A DNA stretch of 64,000 bases from Octopus sinensis. Its lineage: Eukaryota. The stretch spans positions 41,230,001 to 41,294,000 of the forward strand of contig NC_042999.1 of NCBI RefSeq assembly GCF_006345805.1, in the 5' to 3' direction. The notes below the pieces were generated by a model. That model was given only the letters and a program-made list of their open reading frames with translations. It was not told the origin of the DNA and did not search any database. Made by a program: the position numbers and the translations under genes. Positions 52,488 to 64,000 of this stretch are shown here, piece by piece (the first letter of the stretch is position 1; every line of letters starts with the position of its first letter).

Positions 52488-52859
52488 CTGTGTGTGTTGT
52501 GTATCTCTTTTTGTGTGTGTGTTATGGTTACACTACGTGTGCCATTTTTGAACAATTGAAGGAAAAAATAAGAAACCGAAAGAAAATAACATCTCCCAAG
52601 ACTGAGAATAACGCTGGAAAGAAAAGAGAAATATCTAGGAGAAGCTGTACTAGAACTTAATAATCGATCGATACAATTCGCACTTAAGGCCGTGAAGCAG
52701 ACTAAACGATGTCTAATGCAGTGATTTGGTTTTCTAGTTTACTATTTAATCTGTTTTCTTTCTTGGGATTTCGCTTTCACATACCGTTCTTTCTCTGCCT
52801 ACTGTTTTTCCTTCTATCTTGTTCTCCCTGCTTCACACAAGCTTAAACATACATCCCCT

Positions 52860-52909
52860 TCTCTCGCTCTTTATCTATCTATCTATCCATCTATCTATCT
52901 ATCTATTTA

Positions 52910-52966
<57 letters not shown>

Positions 52967-53095
52967 CTATCTATCTATCTATCTATCTATCTGTTTATCT
53001 AGCTCTAATTCTATCTCTGTGCGACTTTCTGTCGCTCAACGTCTGTCCCTTTTTAAGTGTCCGTGCATATCAAAGTGTGTGTGTGTGCGTGCGTG

Positions 53096-53149
<54 letters not shown>

Positions 53150-53285
53150 TGTATGTATGTATGTGTGTGTGTGTGTGTGTAAAACTTGTACGCAACAAAA
53201 GGACAGGGAATAACTGTTTCTAGTACGGCTATTACTCTCCGCCATAACTTTCCTTTTCGTGATTTCTTGGCCATATGTATGTATC

Positions 53286-53340
<55 letters not shown>

Positions 53341-53360
53341 GTATATACAATATATGTACA
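52860..53360. repeat. (TATC)n, (TG)n and (TA)n microsatellites
   Basis: Directly visible. Confidence 0.9.
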
Positions 53361-53587
53361 TGTGCATGTGTGTAGTTATTTATATTGCTTCTTTCATTCA
53401 TTTGATTTAGTTCACAGAATAATTCCACCTTTACCTGACCAGTTTCTAACTTTCTTTCACTTATTCATAACATTTTCCACATTTCATTCATCTTTACTTC
53501 GTTTTTTCTCTTAAGTTTCTCTTTTTAATCTGATATATATTTTCACTCTTTTGTACGTCATTCTTCCCAAAATTTTACTCTCCGCTT

Positions 53588-53672
<85 letters not shown>

Positions 53673-54759
53673 TGTGTGTGTGTGTGTGTGTGTGTATGTA
53701 TATGTATATATGTGTGAGTGTAGAATTTATTTTTCGCTATTTTGTGGTTTCTTTCAATGTATTCTGTCTTTCTTTCTGCTGTCCCTTTTTAACGGCATTT
53801 ATTTTTCTTGTTCTTTATTCTCTTTATTTTTTCTTCTTTTGCTTCGTACATTTCTTTCTACTTTCCTTACCTTCTTTCATTTCGTCATTATCTCTTTTAT
53901 ATTTTGCAGTTTTATTTTGTTTTTTGTTGTTGTTGACTTTTACATTTTAAATGTTTCCATTCGTATATTTAAATTCAGCGGGGAAAGTAGGAAGGTAGGT
54001 GATGGTAGACCTAAACTGTAATTTTATTGCAAAGTAACTTTATTTGATTTTCTTTAATTTTTCTGAAATCTTTTATTGCTTTCATTTATTGATATTGATT
54101 TAAAGTATATACGTATGTATATATATATGTATACATATGCGTATATATGTATAATTTACCTAGTCTTCTTTATGCTGTTCTCTATGTATGCCGGTAGATA
54201 TTTGTATTCGTTGGTTTAAGCAGTTAAGCCGTTGAAAGCTAAGAAATAGACGGCGTGAAGCGATAAAGGAGGAGAAATGGAGAGAAAACATTGGAACAAG
54301 AGTAAGAATAAGGTTCTATGCTTAAGAGAGTGTGAGGTGGAACTGGATTGTGAAAAGAGAGACAGGGAACTAAAAGAGAAATAGAAGAGGAGTAATGATA
54401 AGAGAATAGGAGTGCCTGGAATTACGTGTCTCGATATACGTACATATATCATTATTACAGATACACTACATAATCATATTACAAATACACGTATATTAAC
54501 ACACATATTATATATGTGTGTGTACGTTTGTTTCTTTTTGTGTGAATGAGGGAGAGAGAGAGAGAGAGATAAAGAGGGGTGTGAATACTGGGAAAGAACG
54601 AAAAGACGTAAAAATGCGAATGAGTAAGTGCTATAGAAAATATTAATATTCACTAAAGGGCTGTAGATGAGGAAAGAACGAGAACAGTAGAAATAGCATC
54701 AGCATGCATGTATGTATATGAATGGGCTGTATTGACTTACAAGCAGATAAATGAGATAC

Positions 54760-54807
54760 ATACATGCATACATGCTATCATACTAATATACATGCATGTA
54801 CATACAG

Positions 54808-54839
<32 letters not shown>

Positions 54840-55249
54840 TATATATATGTATATGTATGTATGTATATGTATGTATGTATATGTATGTATGTATATGTAG
54901 TATGTATATGCATCTATGTGTATGTATGTATGTGTATGTATGTGTATGTATGTATGTATATGTATGTTGTGTATGTGTGTATGTATATATATATATGTAT
55001 GTATGTATATATATATATGTATGTATATATATATATATATATATACACTCACATACGTCATCATACATACATATATACATACATATACACAAAGATAGAC
55101 GGTAGAAAATATTGAGAGAAAGAATGCTTGAAAACTGAATAAAGTTAGATACGGAACGTGATAAGGGATAGATACCGTGAGAGTTGTATGCGACTTCGAG
55201 TAGATAGTAACTGAATATAAATAAATAATGAAGAATGATGTATGTAGGA

Positions 55250-55321
<72 letters not shown>

Positions 55322-55690
55322 ATATGTATGTATATATGTATATGTATGTATGTATATATGTATATGTATGTATGTATATATGTATATGTATGTATGTATA
55401 TATGTATTGTATGTATGTATATATGTATATGTATGTATGTATATATGTAAGTATGTATGTATTATGTATGTATTATATATGTATATGTATGTATGTATAT
55501 ATGTATATGTATGTATGTATATATGTATATGTATGTATATATGTATATGTATGTATGTATGTATGTATATATGTATATGTATGTATGTATGTATGTATAT
55601 ATGTATATATATGTATGTATGTATGTATATATGTATATATATATATGTATGTATATATGTATATATATATATGTACATAAGAAGAAAATA
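54760..55690. repeat. Compound (TA)n/(TATG)n microsatellite fields
   Basis: Directly visible. They explain the ORFs at 54764-55747. Confidence 0.9.
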
Positions 55691-56464
55691 ATTATGATCA
55701 GTAATGATAATGAAGGGACGACATTAATTGAAATAGAAGTGTCATGAGTATGTGAGAATGCGAAGCAGATGTATTAGTTGCAGGATGTAGGAGAGTAGGC
55801 TGGGAGGAAAATGATTAATGTAGCGGGGGTAGTATATTTGGTAAGTAAAAAAGAAAAGTAACACTGATTAATACATAGGGGCATAGCATGATGAAAATGT
55901 ATTGTGTATGTGGGTCAGAGAGAGAGAGAGAGTGGGGGGTATTATACGTGTAAGTATGGAGAAAACAAGCCCCAAACCAAAACAATAAATGAAAGCTTGT
56001 TAAACTGTATTATATTTTCTAATTGCATCATTAGGCATTGTATTTACGTCAGAGTTTCGAGTTGGTCCGTTTCACTGAACTTACTTCACTACGTACGAGA
56101 ATGTTGAAATATTCCATTGAGATTCTTGCATTACACATTTCATTCACACGCGCTTACAAACATATCCAACCCTATTCATATGCACATTCAAATGTATTTA
56201 CACACAAATATATATACATGTATAAAGGTGCAAATAAAAGTGCAAATAAACGCATATACATTTCACAATCCTACGTAGCGGATGTGTATAAGATTTGGTA
56301 TTTTTATTTCCAAATTGCATATCTGTCTACCCGTACACATACACACACACAGACGCATAGAGACACACACACAGTCGTATGCACACGTTAACACATGAAA
56401 CACATACCACTGGAAACAAATTGTGTGTGTGTGTCTCTGTGTGTGTCTGTGTGTGTATGTGTGT

Positions 56465-57210
56465 CTGTGTGTGTGGCGGCTAAGTGCAAGGCTGTGTCGT
56501 TACAAGTGTACTTCCAGACCACATAGTTCTGGGTTCCATGCCTACGCTCGTCACCTCGGGCAAATATCGTCGACTAAATCTCAAAGCCTTGTTAGTGGAT
56601 TTGGAACACCGAAACTTAAAGAACCCCGCTGTATGAGTGGCTGCGTGGTAAGTAGCTTGCTTACCAACCACATAGTTCCGTGTTCACTCCTACTGCGTGG
56701 CAAGCTGGGCAAGTGTCTTCTCCTATAGCATCGGGCCGACCAAAGCCTCGTGAGTGGATTTGGTAGACGGAAAATGAAAGAAGCCCGTCGTATATATATA
56801 TGTTTCTTTACTTCCCACAAGGGGCTAAACACAGAGGGGACAAACAAGGACAGACAAAGGGATTAAGTCGACTACATCGACCCCAGTGCGTAACTGGTAC
56901 TTAATTTATCGACCCCGAAAGGATGAAAGGCAAAGTCGACCTCGGCGGAATTTGAACTCGGAACGTAACGACAGACGAAATACGGCTACGAATTTCGCCC
57001 GGCGTGCTAACGTATCTACCAGCTGGCCGTTGTATATATATATATGTATGTATGTATGTGTGTGTATATGTTTGCGTCTGTCACTTCAACATCGCTTGAC
57101 AACCGATGCTGGTTTTTACGTCCCCGTAATGTAGCGGTTCGGCAAAAAGAGACCGATAGAATAAGTACTAGGCTTACAAAGAATAAGTTCTGGTGTCGAT
57201 TTGCTCGACT
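56465..57210. mobile_element. SINE cluster: rearranged family C fragments (56465-56636), a + family C copy (56637-57210) and a - family A copy (56806-57027) nested in its internal microsatellite
   Basis: The family C head and core precede, and its tail follows, an inverted family A copy. Confidence 0.85.
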
Positions 57211-57268
57211 TCACTCTCTATTTCGTATCTTCTCTATAATAACTATCGCTTAACCAATTTCTCGCACC

Positions 57269-57315
57269 GTCTCTGATGAAGGATATATAAAATATCCCGC
57301 AATCAGCTGTAAGAC
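57269..57315 (+). ncRNA. Decayed minimal type I hammerhead-like motif
   Basis: GTCT-CTGATGA-A-GGATAT(ATAAA)ATATCC-C-GCAA-T-CAGCTG-TA-AGAC. Stems I and II pair and CAGCTG is palindromic, but GAAA has become GCAA with one extra base. Confidence 0.6.
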
Positions 57316-57549
57316 CTTCTCTTTATAAATGTTCTAAAATCTTGCATAGCCTTAGATTTTTTAAAATCTCATTCTGTTATTTTTTTATATATATGCATGC
57401 TAATATATGACTTACGTTGTACTCCTCATACATATAATCATCGAACCTGGAGCTTAACTATGGTCTGTCCGTAACCACTTACTCAGCATTACCTGATACC
57501 CGTGGGTCTTCTTGACACTATTACTTCTTATAGCTTATGTATATATATG

Positions 57550-57588
<39 letters not shown>

Positions 57589-57699
57589 ACGAGAGCGCCT
57601 GTGTGAACACGCACGGAGTATCAATCGCGTTGAATATGATATACCAACTTGAAAAGAATTCAATATAGCAAATATAGAGTTAATTTGTGCAGTTTTTAC

Positions 57700-58900
57700 A
57701 ATTGTAGAAACATTGTGCATAGATGCACTACACAGTTCGAGCTCTATGATCCCAATAGCTCATTCAGAATACCTGTGTGTGTCCAGTTACATAATATGAA
57801 CGTATCAGAGTATCTAAATATGCCTTTGGTTGCAGTGAGTTTTCTTTATCAGGATTTTGCTATCAGTACAGAGATAACATCTTCTGACGCCATTTGTGTA
57901 ACGCCAAGAACTTTAAATCCATAATCCATTTGAGATTTTATTATTGTTATTATTTTAAAGACCAAATGTAACTTGAGAGGAATGTATAGCTTAAATATTT
58001 AAACTCTCTGAATTATACAATTCTTTACCAGCCCTAATGTTACTATAACACGACTACAAGCTTACACCAATGACACTGTGCGGACCAAACCTCATGCTCC
58101 TTGTACAGTTTTTATTCCAATGTGGAATCTTTCTCTGTCATAATCACTCTGATGACAGGAATTATTGTGCTCTGTGAAAATGCGAATAAAAATCCACAAT
58201 TTCAAATTGAGTAACGTTGATGTTATTAATTTTATCGACTCAATTGTATACTACGTTGCTATTGCTTCACTAGGCGAAGCTTGCAGCTTTTCCTGTGCTA
58301 CTATTGATCTGTAAAATTTCTTTTTGATAATCCAATCTCTGTTTTAATTGTGTGTTGCAACTTACATTTATGACTGGAAAATAAGTTATTTTTATAGTTC
58401 TTGATTGGGATAAATGCTGTGTATTTTACTTGTCTCTACTTTATTATCGGTTTTACTGATACTTTTGTAACAATGTCATAAAATGTCTTCGGACTTGGCT
58501 TTATATTGTTCACTTCTTATAATTTTTCAGTTTTATCAGACAATATAATCGGTTATTATTATTTCTCTAAGATTGTTAATGCCCTTTTGTGCTTAATTCG
58601 AAAGACTTAAGGAGTGTTGGATTCGGTGTTTAGTTTGGAGTTCGAACTCGTAACATTTAAGCCTTTGAATGTAAAAAAGTGTCATCATGTTCACACAACG
58701 AATTGTTTGGTGTCAGGATCCACTGCTGCAGGATCAGAGAACCATGCCTTCTATTTTCTGCTTCTAAAAAGCAAGCTTTTGTTTTATTTATAGAAGCTTT
58801 CTAGTGTAATGCTCATTAGAGGGTGTTAGTGTGTTTGTAGTTGATATTTCAGTTTTTGTAGAAGAATGGGCAATATGTCGTTCAATGTATTTGACTTTTA
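57700..58900 (-). pseudogene. Second decayed Penelope-like RT ORF (different lineage)
   Basis: Ordered minus-strand remnants: KGLN (58655-58667), SDKTEKL (58520-58540, cf. ADKT), AFIPIKNYK (58391-58417, cf. AFITLKDHK), KTEIGLSK (58321-58345), TQFEIVDFY (58186-58212, cf. QFDIxxFYPSI), ELYNSESL (58000-58023, cf. GLYRDDGL), KFL-VT (about 57900, cf. NFLDVT). Confidence 0.75.
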
Positions 58901-60054
58901 TATCACAGTTGTAGTGGATGTTGTTTCGTTCCAGATGTCACTATGCAGGCTTTCGATTAAATGCGTCCCAGCGGCCGCCATCTACTTCTCATTACAATTT
59001 GTTCTTTATTCAATCAGCCCTGTCTGTTTAAGACTTGCGCACACATTTACCTTGTTGCTTTTTGTAGAGTGATTATGAAGAAAATTTAATGGGTGAAAGT
59101 ACAGTCAATTTCAAAGCACCAAACTGTTCAAATGTATTCAGTTTTTTTCTATCTCATAAACGATACAGCTCCTAATGTGGTAGATATGATATAAATGCTA
59201 TTAAGGATAAAAGTGACGCCAAAAGCGGTAGTGAATGTTGAACCTTTAATATAATCTGAGAACATTGGTTTGCTAGCCGTATGAAACGGGACAGTGTCCT
59301 GACATTACAAGGTGAAGAAAACTGCCTGACTGTACCGCTCAGTACACTTATAAAATCGAAATTTCGAAAGTCTGATGGAAGATTGGTGAAAAAATACTTT
59401 TAATCGGCATTTTTTTTAAACATGAAAAGAAGTAAAAAGGTTAATGTGTGGCAAACGGAAACAGCTATATTATGTTGCACACCACGTTATGACGATGTAG
59501 GTAAACTAGACTGATAGATATATTACGAAGATATATTTTTCATCAAGCTTTGAAACTGCCATATTTATATCAACCGGGTTGAAAAAGAAAAACTTTTTGC
59601 AGTAAATCGATGAACAGGAAACACGAGGAACATAAAAATATATTTGATTTTCTCATGAAATATAATACCGGAGAAAACAAAATCAGTTATCTTCCTCTGT
59701 TTAGCTTTGTTAACATTCAACTAGGTCAAAGGATGGTGAGTTTCACGTCAATGTATTAAAGCAACCAGCGACATTTTCCTTTCATTCTGCATGTTTTTAA
59801 ATGTTGTCGTGTTATGAGTTTTACAGATTTAGTATGCTAGCTTCGGTAATGATGGAACGGGTTGCAGTTATACTGTTGATGCTAAAGGTGACGCTGAAAT
59901 ATTCAAATGTCAAAGACCGTTATGTTTTGCTAATCATTCCCAGTAAAAAAAAAAAAAATCACCGTTCTTTTATATCTGTGTGTAATGACTGTGTGCTCCG
60001 ATCTAGACATACTGTGAAGAACAATACTCCATAGATTAATGCAATGAAAACCTG

Positions 60055-60155
60055 CTGTATGTATGTATGTATGTATGTATGTATGTATGTATGTATGTAT
60101 GTATGTATGTAGGTAAGTAGGTAGGTAGGTATGTAGGTAGGTAGGTAGGTAGGTG
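60055..60155. repeat. (TATG)n grading into (TAGG)n
   Basis: Directly visible. Confidence 0.95.
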
Positions 60156-60463
60156 TCTATTCTCTAGCTTCTAAATCAAATACGATCAGGAGCAACTATC
60201 AACGACATTCCACCCGAGCTCATGTCTCTGTCGCTTTCACAAGACTGCATAAGACTACATAATTCAATACGTCTTCTTTTAAGAGGATAGAATGTAGTTC
60301 GATAGAGATTTGATGGTTACTTCCAATAATATATATATATACACACCCATACACACGCACATACACATACATACACAAGCATAAGCGATAAGCGGTCAGA
60401 CAGAACAGCTCACTTTTGTGAAACTTAACGCTTCAAACTAAATTAGGAAGGTAACTTTCTTAC

Positions 60464-60500
60464 GCGGTTCACCATCTTGCGACCGGCGACAAATACTGAG
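60464..60500 (-). promoter_or_regulatory. Candidate TSS and short first exon of an unidentified minus-strand gene
   Basis: Minus strand GCGC-TCAGT-ATTTGTCGCCGGTCG-CAAGATGG-TGAACCGC|GTAAGA: Inr-like TCAGT, a local CpG cluster, CAAGATGG start context and a donor after M-V-N-R. Confidence 0.4.
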
Positions 60501-60554
60501 CGCATTTGTGAATAATAGGAATCTCCCTAAATATTTAATTCATTTCACAATATA

Positions 60555-60580
60555 CAGGGTGGGCCATAAGTCACACACCA
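60555..60580. mobile_element. Solitary Tc1/mariner-like TIR
   Basis: TA|CAGGGTGGGCCATAAGTC. The partner end was not found. Confidence 0.35.
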
Positions 60581-61552
60581 AGACATTTGACATTTTATTC
60601 ACACCTTATTATTATTCATTTTGTTTATTAGCATTCAATTTCTTCATCATGTACACAAAAGTGTGTATTCCTCATTATTATATTTATGTTACTCAATTCT
60701 GGAAACATTGAAGCATGTTTCCGACAATACCGGAGCGTAGTGAACTCATTTTGTGCGTAATGTTTGGCCCACGTAGTATTTCTAACTTCAAGTTCTTTTA
60801 AATGTACACTGTTGTTAGAATTCAGAGACTTGTCTGCTCTCTTACAATCAAGGAACCAAACTGCTATTTGTATTTGACTTATTATAATCAACGTGAGAAC
60901 TGTACAGCGTAAGATGTGTGCTAGTGTGTTTGTAAGTGAATATACAAGTCTTGTTTCGAATACTAAAAATTATGTTATATCTTTCTGAAGACATCCGCGC
61001 GCATGCACGCATGCATATACACACGCGCTCATGTATGTTGTTGACGTCATAAAAATTTATAAACTTCGCTAGAACGGGAAAGCGTTTTGCTTTTTTTTGG
61101 TGCATGAATGGTAGATCTCCTAACCGTTAAAGCTATAAATAGTAACGTGTCAACATTGGGCTGAAATACACTTTTAGATGGAGAAAGCCATGAGTGTGTG
61201 TGTCTAACTTTTTTCCTTTCATCTTCTATCGGTTAATATAAGTATCCCTGTTTATAGGTCGCTTTATTTCTGTATTCCGCCACTCGCCTTTCTCAACCAT
61301 CATTTATTTTCCCCTATCCTTTCCTTTACCATTAACATTCGGCGTGACTTACGTTCCGCTGGTCTACTGTCTGGTCCTTTCTGTTAATTTACTTGTCTTT
61401 TGTCTACTTCATTCTCCTCCTTCTTTTCTCATCTTCTCACTTCCTTTTATTATTTATTTATGTTCCCATGGAAACATACACCATGTCATCCAAGCAGCAT
61501 CTAAACGATTTATAATTTTTTTACGTTATATGTATATATGTATATATATATA

Positions 61553-61948
61553 TATTCTTTCGTTCTTTTATTTGTTTCGGTCATGTGACTGTGGCCATGC
61601 TGGAGCACCGCCTTTAGTCGAGCAAATCGACCCCAGGACTTATTCTTTGTAAGCGTAGTACTTATTCTATCGTTCTCTTTCGCCGAACCGCTAAGTTACG
61701 GGGACGTAATCACATCAACATCGGTTGTCAAGCGATGGTGGCGGTGGGGTGAGGGACAAACACAGACACACAACTATATGCATATATAAAAGACAGGCCT
61801 CATTCAGCTTCCATCTACCAAATCTACTACTCACAAGGATATGATCGACCCGAGGATATAGTAAAAGATGCTTGGCCAAAGTGACACGCTAGTGGAACTG
61901 ATCCCGGAAATCCTTTGGTTGGCAAGCAAGCTTCTTATCATACAGCCA
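61553..61948 (-). mobile_element. Family C SINE, diverged, full length
   Basis: Reverse complement of the 61973-62350 copy. Confidence 0.85.
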
Positions 61949-61972
61949 GACATATATATATATGGCTGTGTG

Positions 61973-62350
61973 GTAAGTAGCTTGTTTACCAACCACATGG
62001 TTTCAGGTTCAGTCCCACTGCGTGGCACCTTGGGCAAGTGTCTTCTACTATAGCCTCGGGCCGACCAAAGCCTTGTGAGTGGATTTGGTAGACGGAAACT
62101 GAAAGAAGCCCGTCATATGTATGTATATATATATGCGTGTGTGTGTTTGTGTGTCTGTGTTTGTCCCCCTAGCATTGCTTGACAACCGATGCTGGTGTGT
62201 TTATGTCCCCGTTACTTAGCGGTTCGGCAAAAGACAACCGATAGAACAAGTACTGGGCTTACAAAAGAATAAGTCCCGGGGGTCGAGTTGCTCGATTAAA
62301 GGCGGTGCTCCAGCATGGCCGCAGTCAAATGACTGAAACAAGTAAAAGAG
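61973..62350 (+). mobile_element. Family C SINE, well preserved, full length
   Basis: GGCTGTGTGGTAAGTAGCTTG...GGTTCAGTCCC...CCTTGGGCAAG...CAGTCAAATGACTGAAACAAGTAAAAGAG. Confidence 0.9.
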
Positions 62351-63634
62351 TAATATATAGCTAATCCAAACATGAACAAAGAGAAAACACAACAACGCGA
62401 GGACGTGGAACAAGTATAGTGTTATTGGACATACCTTTTTATCTCTTTATATATATATGTGTGTGTGTGTGTGCTTGTGTATGTATGTATATGTGTATGT
62501 ATGGGTGTATATATATTTATATATATTTATATTTATTTGCACACATATACACGCATACGGTGTGTATATCTACTTATGGTATCCCCATCCCCACTCATTT
62601 ATTTAGGTCAGTACATATCTTTCTTCTCTTTTCAAAAGTTGTCTTTCTCCCTTTCTGTCATATTTCTATTCTTGTATGTTTGAACACATTTCCTTTTGTG
62701 TTATTTTTTATCATTTTTATTTTTATTTATTATTTTTTTTTATATTTATGCATTCATTTATTCATGTATTTTCCCACTTTCTCTTAAAACAAACAAATCC
62801 TTGACATAAATATTACCATTGTCTGAAAAGAAAATTACTGCAAACTCTTAGAAAAGGAAGGAAGCCAGCGTTTTAACAAGTTGCTTGACATACGAATTAG
62901 AATCAGAAAATAGTGTTGATTCGAATATTTGATAATGTTAATGGAAAAAAAAAACTGCAAAAAATAAATAAAATAAACAAAAATGAGGGAGAGAAAGAGC
63001 GTGGGTAAGCGAGAGAGAGAGAGGGGGGGAGAAAGAGAGATAACGGGAAAAGAAATAAAAGCAGAACATTGATGACATTGGATATAATGAGAGACTAGAA
63101 AATAATGTAAAAAAAAAAAGAAAGAGCAAAAAAAAAACACAAAACAATTAGAATAGCAACGACTACGTCTTTAGAAACAGCAGGATCTTTTTACAAGAAG
63201 CACTCAGCTTCTCTGCATTTACTAGTTTGTTTATTTATTTATGCTATAGTCAACACAACTAAAAATACATCAACATCAATATTACTAACAAGATCATTAA
63301 CAACAATAACAACAGTAGCGATGACAAGAATTGTTATAAAACAAAATTTCTAATCGTTAGAGAATAAATGAATGTTCATTAGTCTATTTTAGAAATCGTA
63401 TTATTAATTAATATTAGAACTAATAAATTTGGGAAAGAGGGCAGCATTTCAAATTTTGTTTAACTAGTTGAAAATATTTCCGTGTAGGACTTTAGGTGAA
63501 AGGACTTAACATTGGGGTCACGGGTTTTATGGTCCATTCTTTACAAAGCATTTCAAAAGTACGATATTAAGAAGAATTATGCAGAAGCTAATCATTTTTA
63601 TATTTTCATATGGATTTAGAGTGATATATTCTTT

Positions 63635-64000
63635 TCTACTCTAGGCACAAAGCCCGAAATTTTAGAAGAGTAGAACAAATCGATTAAATCGACCCCAGTA
63701 TGCAACTGGTACTTAATTTATCGGCCCCTAAAGGATGAAACCAAAGTCGACCTCGGCGGAATTTGAACTCAGAACGTAGCGGCAGACGAAATACCTGTTT
63801 CTTTACTACCTACAAGGGGCTAAACACAGAGGGGACAAACAAGGACATACAAACGGATTAAGTCGATTAGATATACCTCAGTACGCAACTGGTACTAATT
63901 TATCCCCCCCCCCTAAAGGATGAAAAGCAAAGTCGACCTCGGCGAAATTTGAACTCAGAACGTAAGGAGAGACGAAATACCGCTAAACATTTCTGCCAAC
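63635..64000 (-). mobile_element. Tandem SINE family A copies (the second runs off the window)
   Basis: GGATGAAA..CAAAGTCGACCTCGGCG.AATTTGAACTCAGAACGTA occurs twice. Confidence 0.9.

Noticed and set aside
58149-58179. CTGATGA...GAAA inside the second PLE remnant
   Set aside because: No valid stems; it is simply antisense RT-coding sequence.

Overview
This is very AT-rich, repeat-dense eukaryotic DNA. Its tRNA-derived SINE families and very high microsatellite load resemble Octopus/coleoid cephalopod genomes (inference; no search run). I cannot support any complete protein-coding gene: nearly all supplied ORFs are YI/HT/CV translations of microsatellites. The window contains many SINE copies, two decayed Penelope-like (PLE) reverse transcriptase ORFs, R4/Dong-like non-LTR fragments set in (TATG)n arrays, several MITEs and a Helitron-like end. 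A weak minus-strand first exon at about 60.5 kb and a few weak candidate exons are also present. The most interesting signal is about ten minimal type I hammerhead-ribozyme (HHR)-like motifs with palindromic stem III, several carrying recurrent core substitutions (U4C, A6U/A6C). Some sit as divergent pairs inside long fold-back elements next to (TA)n arrays (6975-7133, 25425-25823). A third fold-back (39516-39904) has the same layout but only a partial core. The HHR at 25681-25769 has a fully canonical core. All calls were made by eye, and coordinates of decayed repeats are approximate.
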